Assembly: GCA_051005695.1 (NCBI GenBank)
Contig: JBPCJC010000046.1
Span: forward strand, 106,772 to 170,771
Length of the DNA: 64,000 bases
Source: Chthoniobacterales bacterium
Lineage (GTDB): Bacteria > Verrucomicrobiota > Verrucomicrobiia > Chthoniobacterales > UBA10450
Direction of reading: 5' to 3'
Shown piece by piece: positions 26,769 to 36,665 of this stretch. Within the stretch, counting starts at the first letter, position 1; each line of letters opens with the position of its first letter. A program made the position numbers and the translations under genes. The notes beneath the pieces are model-generated. The model saw nothing but the letters and a program-made list of their open reading frames with translations. It made no database searches and was not told the DNA's origin.

Positions 26769-28310
26769 AGCGCCCTGCTTCCGCCGCAGGAGATGATCGA
26801 GCACCTCGCGATCGCTGCGATCCAAACCAACGAAACGCCACGCCGCGAAATACCCGGCGAGATAAACCACCCCAGCCGCGATCTGCCAAAGCGGCGCGCG
26901 GGAAACGAAACACACCGCGAGCGCGAGTGGAGTCGCGAGCAGAGCCGCCAGCCATGGCTTGAGCAATGCGCGCCATGGCCAATGCCAATCGAGCATGCGC
27001 GGAATCTGCCAGCCGCGCAGCAAGCCCTGGATAGTGTACGGAATTAACATTCCGAGCGCCGCGCCCAAGGGGCCGAGCGCGGGAATCAAAATGAGGTTGC
27101 AGCCAATGGCAGCGACGAAAGCGATGAGCGCGTTGCCGAGATTCATTCGTGGCCGCTCGACCATCAGAATCGTCTCGCCTAAACCGACGAACGCATTCAA
27201 GCCGCAGGCCGCTCCGACGATCGCCAGCCACACTCCACCGCGCGCAAATTCGGCGCCGAAAATTCTCATGAGCGCGCCCCCGCTCAAAGCGAGCACCGCC
27301 AGCGCGGGCAAAAGAAGCGCGAGCATCCAGCGCGCGAGATAACCGTAGCTCGCTTCGGCGGCCCGCATCTGACCGGAGGCGATTTGCCGCGCCACCATCG
27401 GCATGAAAATCGGCATGAACGCCTGGCTCACCTTGCGGAGTCCGCTCGCGATCTCCACGGCCGCCGCATAAATCCCGAGCGTTATCAACGTCACCCCCGG
27501 CGCCCGGCCGACGAACCAGCCGAGCATGATCAAGTCGATTTGCATCACGCCCACATTGAGCAAATCGGACAACGCCAAGGGCAGCGACGCGTGCACTAAT
27601 CGGCGCGTGAGATCGTCGCTCTCGCGCACGATCGGCGCCCGCGGTGTGGTCACAAACAAGCGCCTAACGAGTAGAAGCGCGACTACGCCGGAAGCGAGCG
27701 CGCTGGTGAGCGCGGCGATTTCCGGGGCCAACTCGCGCAAGCCCAAGGCGAACGCGACCAGCAACGCCGCCGCCGTCCCCAACGTGTCGGTGAGACCGCG
27801 CGAAAAAATGTCGTGGTGCATCACCGCCATCCCGCGCGACAAGCCATTGCTCACGCGGTAGAGCGCCACGCCCGGAAGCGCGAGCATCATCACCGCCGTG
27901 GCCCGCGCCAACTCGGGCCGCAAACCGCAACGCGCGCCGAAATTCCAAACCACAAAAAAACCCGCGAGCGCCAGCGCCGTTCCACTCACGAGGCAAAGCG
28001 CGACCGCGGTCCGCATCACTCGGCAACTGTTCGCACGATCTCCCACCGCTTCCGCTTTGGCGACGAACGCGATCGTCGTGTAGTCGAGGCCAAGCGTGGC
28101 AAACTTGCTCAACAAATCCATCGCCGCCCAGGCGAGACCGAAAATCCCCAGCGCCGCGCTCCCGAGCAAACGCGCCACCAAGAGCATGAAAATGCCGCGC
28201 AGCGTCGAGGCCAGAAACGCCAGCGTGTTCACGAAGGCCCCGCGCGCGAGGGTCGCGCCTAACGAGCCATGGTCCGGCACGCTCTCAGGCTCGCGCGGCC
28301 GCGGCGTCAT
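26745..28310 (-). CDS. Polysaccharide/oligosaccharide flippase (MOP superfamily, Wzx/MurJ-like).
   Basis: 521 aa with about 14 hydrophobic segments throughout. Overlaps the upstream GT4 gene by 26 nt, suggesting an operon. Confidence 0.65.
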   Translation of the reverse strand: MTPRPREPESVPDHGSLGATLARGAFVNTLAFLASTLRGIFMLLVARLLGSAALGIFGLAWAAMDLLSKFATLGLDYTTIAFVAKAEAVGDRANSCRVMRTAVALCLVSGTALALAGFFVVWNFGARCGLRPELARATAVMMLALPGVALYRVSNGLSRGMAVMHHDIFSRGLTDTLGTAAALLVAFALGLRELAPEIAALTSALASGVVALLLVRRLFVTTPRAPIVRESDDLTRRLVHASLPLALSDLLNVGVMQIDLIMLGWFVGRAPGVTLITLGIYAAAVEIASGLRKVSQAFMPIFMPMVARQIASGQMRAAEASYGYLARWMLALLLPALAVLALSGGALMRIFGAEFARGGVWLAIVGAACGLNAFVGLGETILMVERPRMNLGNALIAFVAAIGCNLILIPALGPLGAALGMLIPYTIQGLLRGWQIPRMLDWHWPWRALLKPWLAALLATPLALAVCFVSRAPLWQIAAGVVYLAGYFAAWRFVGLDRSDREVLDHLLRRKQGALAEPNPV

Positions 28311-29475
28311 GATAAACCTCCAGCGTTTCCCGCGCGGCGCGATCCCAGGAAAAAACTCCCGACCGCGCGAGGCCCGCTTCGCCTAACGAGCGCTGCAGTT
28401 CCGCCGACGCTGTCACGTCGCGCAACGCGTTGGCCAAAGCCGCCGGATCGTCCATCGGAAAAAGCCGCGCTGCGCCCGCGGTGATCTCGCGAAAGGGCGC
28501 AATGTCGCTCGCCACCACCGGGCAGCCGCAAGCCATCGCTTCCAACACCGGCAAGCCCACGCCCTCGTAAATCGAAGGCTGAATCAGCGCTCCGGCGGCT
28601 TGCATTAACACCGCCACATCTGCCTGCGTCACACGGCTCAGCCAAACAAGGCGATCGGCGATCCCGAGTTTATTCGCCAGTGCGGCCAAACCTTTCCCGC
28701 TGCGCAAACGCTGCAACAACACCAGGCGCCACGGTCGCGGAACTTTTGCGGCGAAGGCGGCCAACGCCATCGCGTGTCGTTTTGTTGGAGCATTCGCGCC
28801 GACCAACAGAAGATAAGGCGCGTCGCTGCCGGTGAGTTCGCTGGCTTTTTTTTGGGCGACGTCGCGATCAGCCGCTGGTTGGAAAACTGCGTCCGCCGCT
28901 TCCCAAATCACGCGCACGCGCGGCGCCACTTCCGGCAGGAGCGCGATCATGCGATCGGCGGTCGCCTGCGTGACCGCGATCAGGCGCGTCGCTTTGCGCA
29001 GCGCGCGCCAAACCGCGCGCTGGTAGTAGCCGCTGGTGAAAATGCGTTCCGCGCCCTGCATGTGCAGATCGGGCCGCTCGATCGACATCACGTCGTGCAT
29101 CGTGACCACGCTCGCGCAGGGCACACCTTGCGGCAGAATATTTTGCGGCGTGTGGAAAACATCGATGCCGTCGAAGGAAGCAAACAAGCGTGGCCAAAAA
29201 ATCGTCCGCGGCGAATTCGGATTTGGCCTAACGACAAGTTCGCGCGCGTTCGCTGCATTCGTTAGGTGACGTCCCGCAAGCCGGTGCGCCCAAAAAACAA
29301 ATTCATCCGTCGCGCCCAGGCTCGGCAGCCGCTCGACCAGCGCTTCCACATAAGTCCCGATGCCGCTCGGTTTCTCGCGAATGTAACGCGCGTCAAAAGC
29401 GATCCGCAGCGACCGGCCCGGCGCGAGCGTGGACCGCTCCTGCGTGGGTTGAGATTGCGAGTTGCCGTGGCTCAA
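28285..29475 (-). CDS. Glycosyltransferase family 4 (GT-B fold).
   Basis: C-terminal GT1/GT4 signature: PSIYEGVGLPVLEAMACGCPVVASD. N-terminal: IAFDARYIREKPSGIGTYV. Confidence 0.85.
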   Translation of the reverse strand: MSHGNSQSQPTQERSTLAPGRSLRIAFDARYIREKPSGIGTYVEALVERLPSLGATDEFVFWAHRLAGRHLTNAANARELVVRPNPNSPRTIFWPRLFASFDGIDVFHTPQNILPQGVPCASVVTMHDVMSIERPDLHMQGAERIFTSGYYQRAVWRALRKATRLIAVTQATADRMIALLPEVAPRVRVIWEAADAVFQPAADRDVAQKKASELTGSDAPYLLLVGANAPTKRHAMALAAFAAKVPRPWRLVLLQRLRSGKGLAALANKLGIADRLVWLSRVTQADVAVLMQAAGALIQPSIYEGVGLPVLEAMACGCPVVASDIAPFREITAGAARLFPMDDPAALANALRDVTASAELQRSLGEAGLARSGVFSWDRAARETLEVYHDAAAARA

Positions 29476-29557
29476 AACGAGAGGGACAAGTCTAGACCAT
29501 CATCGCGCCGTCGCTCTCCCGTTTCTCGAAAATTTGCCGAAAGGAAAACCGCCGCTT
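29476..29557. promoter_or_regulatory. Divergent intergenic region between the GT4/flippase operon (-) and the SDR/NTP-transferase operon (+).
   Basis: 82 bp between divergent starts. The purine-rich aaggaaaa at 29541..29548 lies 10 nt upstream of the proposed TTG start at 29558. Confidence 0.4.
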
Positions 29558-30361
29558 TTGAAGAAAATTTTCCTCACCGGCGCGAGTTCCGGCATCGGTT
29601 TGGCCACGGCGAAAGCGCTCCTCGCCGACGGGCATGAAGTCTGGGGCACCTCGCGCGATGCCACGCGCTTGCCGCAGCTCGCGCGCTTCCATCCGGTAAA
29701 GCTCGATCTCACGCAGAGCGCTTCGATCGACCAAGCCTGGACGAGCGCGCTCGCCGAAGCTGGCACCTTCGATGTCGTGATCAACAATGCGGGCGCCGGG
29801 CATTTTCACGCCGCCGAGTTGCTGTCACGCGAGGTGATGCTGGGGCAATTCGAGTTGCTCGTTTTCGGCTCGATCCATTTGAGCCAGCTCGCGCTCGCCG
29901 CGATGCGCGCGCAAAATCGCGGGCTGCTGATTAACCTCAGCTCGCTCGCGTCGCGGTTGCCAGTTCCATTCACCGCCGCCTACAACGCCGCCAAAGCAGC
30001 GATGGCGTCGTTCACCATGACGATGCAACTCGAGCTCGGGGATTCCCCGATTCGCATCGTCGATCTGCAGGCCGCCGACATCAGTACCGAGTTCAACGAC
30101 AGCGTCGTGCGCGCGCCAACGCCCGATGCGCAACTGAACGAGTGCATGCAGCGCGCGTGGCAGGTGATCGATCACAACATGAAAAACGCGCCCAAACCCG
30201 AGCTGGTCGCGCGACGCATCATTCGCCTGGTTCACGAAAAAAATCCGCCTCCGCGCGTGACCGTAGGCGACAAGTTCCAGGCGATCATCGCCCCGATGAT
30301 TTTCGCCCTCCTGCCGCCGCGCCTGCGCGTTTGGGGCCTGCGCCAGTACTACAAAATCTGA
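29558..30361 (+). CDS. Short-chain dehydrogenase/reductase (SDR).
   Basis: LKKIFLTGASSGIGLATAKAL contains TGxxxGxG. NNAG motif: VINNAGAG. Catalytic YNAAKAA (YxxxK). The TTG start at 29558 was chosen over track start 29462, which would overlap the divergent GT4 gene. Confidence 0.8.
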   Translation: MKKIFLTGASSGIGLATAKALLADGHEVWGTSRDATRLPQLARFHPVKLDLTQSASIDQAWTSALAEAGTFDVVINNAGAGHFHAAELLSREVMLGQFELLVFGSIHLSQLALAAMRAQNRGLLINLSSLASRLPVPFTAAYNAAKAAMASFTMTMQLELGDSPIRIVDLQAADISTEFNDSVVRAPTPDAQLNECMQRAWQVIDHNMKNAPKPELVARRIIRLVHEKNPPPRVTVGDKFQAIIAPMIFALLPPRLRVWGLRQYYKI

Positions 30362-31098
30362 TGACCACCGAGGCGGTGATTCTGATGGCGGGCGCCGGCT
30401 CGCGCCTGGGCCACGCGGACGGGGCAATCGCCAAACCACTCGTGCAGATCGCGGGCCGACCGCTGATTTCCTACACGCTGGAGGCGCTGGCGCGCATCGG
30501 CGTGACCACCGTGCACGCGATCATGGGCGAGCAAAGCGCCCGCCTAACGAGTACTGTCGCCGAGCTCCTGCCGGCGACGATGAGCTTGCACGCGATTACG
30601 AACCCGGCCTGGCAAAAACAGAACGGCGTTTCCGTGCTCTGCGCGGAGCCGCACGTGCGCGCGCCTTTTTTTCTCGCGATGGGCGATCATCTTTTCGACG
30701 CGGCGATTTTCGAAAATCTTTTGCGCACTGCGGATCCGCGGGATTTGAATCTGGCGATCGACCGCAAGATCTCGTCCATCTTCGATCTCGACGACGCGAT
30801 GAAAGTGCAAACGCACGCCGAACGCGTCACCGGCATCGGCAAAACGCTCGCAGCTTACGATGCCATCGACACTGGCCTCTTTCTTTGCCCTAACGAGTTG
30901 TTCGATTACCTGCGCCGCGCGCAACGCGCGGGCGATTGCAGCCTGGCCGACGGCGTCCGGCTCATGGCGGCGGACGGAAAAGTGCGCGCGTTCGACATCG
31001 GCGACGCCTGGTGGCAGGACGTGGATACACCGGAGATGTACGCGTACGCGGCCGCGCATTTTGCCGGCGTGGCCTCGCCTCAAAGCGCGCGCCGATAA
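30361..31098 (+). CDS. Nucleotidyltransferase (NTP_transferase fold; sugar- or polyol-phosphate cytidylyl/uridylyltransferase-like), copy 1.
   Basis: MTTEAVILMAGAGSRLG...KPLVQIAGRPLI is the G-x-G-x-R activation loop. The start overlaps the SDR stop (cTGATG). Confidence 0.8.
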   Translation: MTTEAVILMAGAGSRLGHADGAIAKPLVQIAGRPLISYTLEALARIGVTTVHAIMGEQSARLTSTVAELLPATMSLHAITNPAWQKQNGVSVLCAEPHVRAPFFLAMGDHLFDAAIFENLLRTADPRDLNLAIDRKISSIFDLDDAMKVQTHAERVTGIGKTLAAYDAIDTGLFLCPNELFDYLRRAQRAGDCSLADGVRLMAADGKVRAFDIGDAWWQDVDTPEMYAYAAAHFAGVASPQSARR

Positions 31099-32210
31099 AT
31101 CCGGTAGGTCTTGTAGCGGTGCGCGCCGATCGCTTCGAGGAAGCGATTGATCAGGCGATTGTTTTCCAGGGTCATGCTCAGCTCGCCCGTCCAACCGCGT
31201 TTGAGCATGCTCTCCTCTATCACCTGCAGGACGAGCATCTCGGCGATGCCGAAACGGCGAAACTTTTTCACCACGCCGAGCGCGACCAGGCGGCCGCGTT
31301 TCAAGCGGCTCTTGTAATAGAGCAACTTCGCCAGCCCAATCGGCAAACCGAAACTCGTTAGGCGGCCGTTGATGTGTTTGAAGGCGGCGTTGATATCGGG
31401 CACGGCGAGAATAAACCCGGCGGGCTCGCCTTTTACTTCTGCGACCAGGACAAGCTCGGGCACGGCCAGCGGTTTCAGCTCGTGCACCAGATGATCGAAC
31501 TCGCTCTCGGTAAACGGCACGAAGCCCCAGTTTTTTTCCCACGCCTGATTGTAGATCGCGCGCAGCCGCCGGCTCTCGTCGCTGAGCTGCTTCATGTTAA
31601 TCGGCCGGATGGTCACGTCGCTTCGATCGCCAAAACGCGCCGCGATCCGCCGCAGGCGCGCCGCCGCTTCGTGCGGATCGGAGAACCACCAGGCGAACCA
31701 ATCCATCTCCTTCACAAAACCGGCGCGCTCGATCAGGCCCGCGTAGTATGGCGGGTTGTGCGAGGTGAGCAACATCGGCGGATGCTCGAAGCCGTCGATG
31801 AGCAAGGCGCAAACGTAATTGGTCGAGTAATCGATCGGACCCATGATCGCGTCGCGCCCACGACGGCGCAGCCAGTCCGCCGCGGTTTGCAGGAGCGCGT
31901 CCGCCACCGCCTGCTCGTCGATCGTTTCAAAAAGTCCAAACGCACCGAGGTTGGTGCCGTGCTCGCGATTGTAATTTGGATCGTCGCTCGCCATGATCCG
32001 GCCGACGATTTCGCCGCCGCGGCGGGCGAGAAAAAGCGCCGCGTCGCCGTGTTGATAAAACGGATGCTTCGCCCGATCGAGAAACTCGCGGCGCTCGAGG
32101 ATGAGCGGCGGCACCCACGCCGGATCGTGCGCGTAAATGCGCCAGGGGAACTTGATGAAAGCATCGCGCTCCGCATTCGAAGCGACCTGCGTGATTTCGA
32201 TCTCCGGCAC
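31080..32210 (-). CDS. GNAT-fold acyl-CoA N-acyltransferase-like protein (two-lobed, ~376 aa).
   Basis: Recurrent bacterial family annotated as N-acetyltransferase. C-terminal lobe: VALGVVKKFRRFGIAEMLVLQVIEE (Q/R-x-x-G-x-A/G-like CoA loop). Function not assignable from sequence. Confidence 0.6.
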   Translation of the reverse strand: MPEIEITQVASNAERDAFIKFPWRIYAHDPAWVPPLILERREFLDRAKHPFYQHGDAALFLARRGGEIVGRIMASDDPNYNREHGTNLGAFGLFETIDEQAVADALLQTAADWLRRRGRDAIMGPIDYSTNYVCALLIDGFEHPPMLLTSHNPPYYAGLIERAGFVKEMDWFAWWFSDPHEAAARLRRIAARFGDRSDVTIRPINMKQLSDESRRLRAIYNQAWEKNWGFVPFTESEFDHLVHELKPLAVPELVLVAEVKGEPAGFILAVPDINAAFKHINGRLTSFGLPIGLAKLLYYKSRLKRGRLVALGVVKKFRRFGIAEMLVLQVIEESMLKRGWTGELSMTLENNRLINRFLEAIGAHRYKTYRIYRRAL

Positions 32211-32298
32211 CTCCGCTTCATGTCAGCGGGCCGCGACGCGGGCGCAAGACGGAAATGATTTTGCACTCCCCGCCAAACTGCGTAACAGCAACGGCCTC

Positions 32299-33165
32299 GT
32301 GACGCCGCCCCCAGGCCCATCTCTCCCCGCGCGCGGGCTCGCCTTTCAAGCCCGCGAAATTGAGGAGCTCGCGGACGTGTATTTTTTTCGTCCGCTCGGC
32401 ATTCTCGTGGCTCGACCCGCGGCGACGCTCGGGTTGACGCCGACGCAGATCACGTTCGCGAGCATGTTGGTCGGCGTGCTTGGCGCCGCACTGCTTTATG
32501 ATCCGCGGCTCGGGCTGCCCGCTTTCGTTCTCCTCATCGCTTACAGCATTCTCGATTCGGCCGATGGCCAACTGGCGCGTCTCACCGGCCAGGTGACGGA
32601 ACTCGGGCGGGTGCTCGACGGCGTGATTGGCTACGTGGTTTACACCGCGCTTTACCTCGCGCTCACCGCGGGATTGCTGCACCGCGGCGCGTCGGGCACG
32701 ATCGTTGTTTGGATGTTGCTCGCGGTGATTTCGAATATCGCGCAGGCGCAGATGTACGATTACCACCGTCACCACTACGTCAGCATTGTCGTCCGCGGGA
32801 CTATCGTGCGCGATGATCCGGCAAAAATTTCATCGCCTCTGATCGCGTGGATTTACCGAGGTTATCTGGCTCTGCAGCGCGGACTCAATGGCTTGCACGG
32901 AGAAGTGGAAAAACGGATCGGCGCGCGCGCCCATGACGGTGTCGTGCCAGCCCCAGATCAGGCGCGCTATCGCGCCTGTTTTTACCGACCGGTGCGCGGC
33001 TGGAATTTGCTCGGCGATAACACGCGCTTCTACGCCATCGGGCTGCTCGCGCTCATTCATCGGCTCGATTTGTTTTTTTCTTTCATCGTTGTGCCGATGA
33101 ACCTGGCTCTGGTTGCGCTCTGGTTTTGGCAACGCCAGGCCGATCGCAGATTTTTGCGCTCATGA
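32299..33165 (+). CDS. CDP-alcohol phosphatidyltransferase, copy 2 (start uncertain; GTG at 32299 proposed).
   Basis: DSADGQLARLTGQVTELGRVLDGVIGYVVY matches D-G-x2-A-R-x8-G-x3-D-x3-D. Six or more TM segments. The track start at 32137 would overlap the divergent GNAT gene. Confidence 0.8.
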   Translation: MTPPPGPSLPARGLAFQAREIEELADVYFFRPLGILVARPAATLGLTPTQITFASMLVGVLGAALLYDPRLGLPAFVLLIAYSILDSADGQLARLTGQVTELGRVLDGVIGYVVYTALYLALTAGLLHRGASGTIVVWMLLAVISNIAQAQMYDYHRHHYVSIVVRGTIVRDDPAKISSPLIAWIYRGYLALQRGLNGLHGEVEKRIGARAHDGVVPAPDQARYRACFYRPVRGWNLLGDNTRFYAIGLLALIHRLDLFFSFIVVPMNLALVALWFWQRQADRRFLRS

Positions 33166-33842
33166 TCCGCGCGCTTCTTTTCGACATGGGCGGGACGCTC
33201 GATGGCGACGGCGGGCATTGGCTGGAACGCTTTCTCGCTCTCTATCGCCGCTTCGGCGTGGAGCTGCCGCGTGAGATTCTGCGGGACGCCTTCGACGAAG
33301 CCGAGCGCCGCTCGGCGACGGATGAAACGATCGCGTCGGCGAATTTTTTGCAGATGATCGAGCTGCATGTGCAATGGCAGTTCACCCGCCTTGGCCTAAC
33401 GAATGCAGCGCTCGCGCGTCGCCTGGTCGACGGCTTCGTCGGTCCCGTGAACGAGGCGGTCATCGCCAACGTCGATCTGCTCGCGCGGCTGGCGGCGCGC
33501 GGTTTCGCGCTCGGCGTGGTCTCGAACGGCTGCGGTAACGTCGATAAACTCTGCGACGATTTCGGTTACGCGCCCTTTCTTTCCCTGGTGGTGGATTCGC
33601 GACGCGTGGGTATTTTCAAACCCGATCCCGCCATCTTTCAGTATGCCGCCGAGAAAATGGGCCACGCTCCCGAAGTCACCATGATGATCGGCGATTCTTT
33701 CGAGCGCGACATTGTGCCGGCCAAAAAGATCGGCATGCAAACCGCCTGGCTGGCCGGCAACGCGACGACCAGTTGCTCCGATCCGGCGCTGGTCGACTTG
33801 CGGCTCACCCGGCTTCCCGATTTAGCCGACGCGTTGCCATGA
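33162..33842 (+). CDS. HAD-superfamily hydrolase/phosphatase.
   Basis: Motif I: LLFDMGGTL. Motif II: VVSNG. Motif III/IV: MIGDSFERDI. ATGA overlap with the upstream gene. Confidence 0.85.
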   Translation: MIRALLFDMGGTLDGDGGHWLERFLALYRRFGVELPREILRDAFDEAERRSATDETIASANFLQMIELHVQWQFTRLGLTNAALARRLVDGFVGPVNEAVIANVDLLARLAARGFALGVVSNGCGNVDKLCDDFGYAPFLSLVVDSRRVGIFKPDPAIFQYAAEKMGHAPEVTMMIGDSFERDIVPAKKIGMQTAWLAGNATTSCSDPALVDLRLTRLPDLADALP

Positions 33843-34552
33843 AAGCAGGCATCCTCGCGGCAGGCCGGGGCGAACGTCTGCGCACCTCGGCAAATCCGCT
33901 CAAGCCATTGATCACGGTGCACGGTCGCACTTTGATCGAGCACGTCTTGCACTCGTTAGGCGAAGCCGGGGCCAGCGAGGTTGTGGTGCTAATCAACGGA
34001 GACTCGCGCGCGGTGCGCGCCCACGTGGAGACGCGGACCTGGCCATTTGCGCTGCGCTGGGTCGTCGAAACGACACCGTCCTCGATGCATACATTTTTGC
34101 GTCTCGTCGAAATCCTGTCCGCTGACGGCGATGCCGGACCGTTCCTGCTTTCCACCGTCGATACAGTCGCCGGCGCGCAGACCTACGCGCATTTTGCGAG
34201 TGCAGCTTGGCCGCGCAAATCGGCGCATGTGACGCTGGCGCTCACCTCACCGGGCGACGACGAAAAACCTTTGCTCGTCCGAGTCGACGAAGACTCACGG
34301 ATCGTCGCGCTCGGTCCCGACGCGGCGCCTTCGGCCTTAGCGACCGCGGGTATTTACGCGGTGCGCGCATCGGTTCTCCGCGAAGCCGAGGCCGCGCGGA
34401 ACGAGGGCGTCGACGCCTTGCGCATTTTTCTGGGCCGACTGCTGACGCGCGGGTATCGCCTGGACGGAATTCCGATCGCGCGATCGATCGATGTCGATCA
34501 CCCCGCCGACATCGCCACGGCGGAAGCATTTCTGCGGAGCACGCATTCGTGA
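33839..34552 (+). CDS. Nucleotidyltransferase (NTP_transferase fold), copy 2.
   Basis: MKAGILAAGRGERLR...KPLITVHGRTLIEHVL. ATGA overlap with the HAD gene. Confidence 0.8.
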   Translation: MKAGILAAGRGERLRTSANPLKPLITVHGRTLIEHVLHSLGEAGASEVVVLINGDSRAVRAHVETRTWPFALRWVVETTPSSMHTFLRLVEILSADGDAGPFLLSTVDTVAGAQTYAHFASAAWPRKSAHVTLALTSPGDDEKPLLVRVDEDSRIVALGPDAAPSALATAGIYAVRASVLREAEAARNEGVDALRIFLGRLLTRGYRLDGIPIARSIDVDHPADIATAEAFLRSTHS

Positions 34553-35355
34553 AACGTCTCCTCGGTTTGTATCGCGAAAAGCAATTTTCGCCCGGACGCC
34601 ACGCGTCCAACGACGTCCTGATTCTCGAGCAGGTCGCCGAGCGCTTGCGCGCACGCGATTGTTTGGTCGAACTCGTCGCGCCCTCGGAAATCGGCAAGCG
34701 TCGGCACGAACACGCGTTCGTGGTCTCGATGTGCCAGGGGAAACCGGCTCTCGAAAAGTTGCTCGAATGGGAAAAGAACGGCGCGCGGATCATCAATCGG
34801 CCGCAGGCGGCTTTGAACACGCATCGCGATCGGCTGCCGGAAATTCTGCGCGCGGCCGGGCTGGCGTTTCCGCGCACGGAGTTGATCACGACGCGCGGGC
34901 CGGCGGAGCATGCACACGATCTGGACGGCGGACTTTGGCTGAAGCGGGGAGACGTGCACGCGGCCGTGCCCGCGGATGTACAATGGATCGATTCGCCCGC
35001 GCGCTTGCAAAACGGTTTGGAAGATTTCGCGCGCCGGCAAATTGAACGCGCCGTGCTGCAGGAACATCGCGCCGGCGATGAAATTAAATTCTACGGCGTG
35101 GGCGCGGATTTTTTTCATTGGTTTTACTCGAAGGAGAATCGCGCGCACCCGCCGGATCCCGCTGAGCTGCATGCGTTCGCGGGCCAAGCTGCCGCGGCTG
35201 CCGGTCTCGATATTTTTGGCGGCGATGTCATCGTCGCGCCCGACGGCAAACTGACCTTGATCGATCTCAACGATTGGCCATCATTCGCGCCCTGTCGCGA
35301 GCCGGCCTCCCGTGCGATAGCTGATCTCCTGATCGCTCGTCTCCATGCTGACTAA
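34549..35355 (+). CDS. ATP-grasp fold protein (ligase/kinase-like).
   Basis: GTGA overlap with the upstream gene. LWLKRGDVHA...KFYGV...IFGGDVIVAPDGKLTLIDLNDWPSF is typical of the ATP-grasp C-terminal Mg/ATP site. Confidence 0.6.
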   Translation: MKRLLGLYREKQFSPGRHASNDVLILEQVAERLRARDCLVELVAPSEIGKRRHEHAFVVSMCQGKPALEKLLEWEKNGARIINRPQAALNTHRDRLPEILRAAGLAFPRTELITTRGPAEHAHDLDGGLWLKRGDVHAAVPADVQWIDSPARLQNGLEDFARRQIERAVLQEHRAGDEIKFYGVGADFFHWFYSKENRAHPPDPAELHAFAGQAAAAAGLDIFGGDVIVAPDGKLTLIDLNDWPSFAPCREPASRAIADLLIARLHAD

Positions 35356-36661
35356 ACCGCGCCCGCAAACCGCTTCCCGCACTAAAGCTGTGTTCGAAGC
35401 CGAGCAAGAATTCATCGCGCCCGGCGTGCAGACGATTGCGCTGCTTTCGGAGCTGGCGATCGCGCGCGGTGACGGTTGCACGCTGACCGATCTCGATGGC
35501 CGCACCTATCTCGATTTGAATGCCGGGGTTTCCGTGGCGAGTCTCGGCCACGCGCATCCGCGCTACATCGCGGCGTTGACCAGGCAACTACAGGCGGTCT
35601 CCGTCGGCAGTTTCGCCACGGAAGCGCGCGCTGCACTCGTTAGGCTGATTGCCGAACTCGCCCCCGGCGAGCTGAAGCGCACACAGCTTTTCAGCGGCGG
35701 CGCAGAGGCAGTGGAGGCGGCGATTCGTCTGGCACGCTCGTACACGAAGCGCACCGACATCGTCGGTTTCACCGGGGGCTTTCACGGCAAGACGGCCGGC
35801 GTTTTGCCGCTCTCGGAAGTCGATTGGAAAATGCTCGTCGGTCCGCTGCCGACTGGTCATCACCTCTCGCCGTACGCGGATCCGACACGCTTCGAAGGTT
35901 CCGCGGAAGAATGCCGGCAGGCGGCGATCGAGAAATTGCGCCAGGTAATCGAAGAGGAAATTGCGGGGCGGCCCGCGGCGATCTTGATCGAGCCGATTCA
36001 AGGAACGGCCGGCAACATCGTTCCCCCGCCGGGATTCCTGCGTGATGTCCACGAGGTGGCGCGGGAATATGGCGCGCTTTTGATCGCGGATGAAATGATC
36101 ACGGGGTTCGGACGCACCGGGCGCATGTTTGGCTGCAACGCGGACGGTGTGGTCCCCGACATCATGACGCTGGGTAAAGGGATGGCGTCCGGTTATCCGG
36201 TGAGCGCGCTCGTTTCCACGGACGAGATTGTTTCGGCGAAACCATTTTCGCTTCCGAGTGCGTCGTCCTCCAGCTACGGCGGAAATCCCCTCGCTTCAGC
36301 CGCGGCCCTGGTCACAATTGAAACGATCGTGGCCGATCGCTTAGTGGAAAATTCTGCGAGCGTCGGCAGCGCCTTCCGGCGCGGGCTGGAGAAACTCGCG
36401 GGCGGACACCGTTCGCTCGCCCACATCCGCGGCGAAGGTTTGCTCATCGGCTTCGATCTGGTGGAGGATCAAGCAACGAAGCGGCTGCTGCCGAAAAACA
36501 GATGCGTTGATTTTTTCAAGAGCTGTCTGGCCGAGGGCTTAATTCTCATGGGTTACACGCCACGCGTGCGCGTGCATCCGCCGCTCATCCTAACGAGTGC
36601 TGAGGTGGAGGTTGCACTGTCCGCGCTGGGCCGTGTCTTGACTGCGTTGGAAGCGGAATAG
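35345..36661 (+). CDS. Class-III PLP-dependent aminotransferase.
   Basis: FSGGAEAVEAAIRLAR. DEMITGFGRTGRMFG. PLP-lysine context: TLGKGMASGYPVSA. Confidence 0.9.
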   Translation: MLTKPRPQTASRTKAVFEAEQEFIAPGVQTIALLSELAIARGDGCTLTDLDGRTYLDLNAGVSVASLGHAHPRYIAALTRQLQAVSVGSFATEARAALVRLIAELAPGELKRTQLFSGGAEAVEAAIRLARSYTKRTDIVGFTGGFHGKTAGVLPLSEVDWKMLVGPLPTGHHLSPYADPTRFEGSAEECRQAAIEKLRQVIEEEIAGRPAAILIEPIQGTAGNIVPPPGFLRDVHEVAREYGALLIADEMITGFGRTGRMFGCNADGVVPDIMTLGKGMASGYPVSALVSTDEIVSAKPFSLPSASSSSYGGNPLASAAALVTIETIVADRLVENSASVGSAFRRGLEKLAGGHRSLAHIRGEGLLIGFDLVEDQATKRLLPKNRCVDFFKSCLAEGLILMGYTPRVRVHPPLILTSAEVEVALSALGRVLTALEAE

Positions 36662-36665
36662 CAGC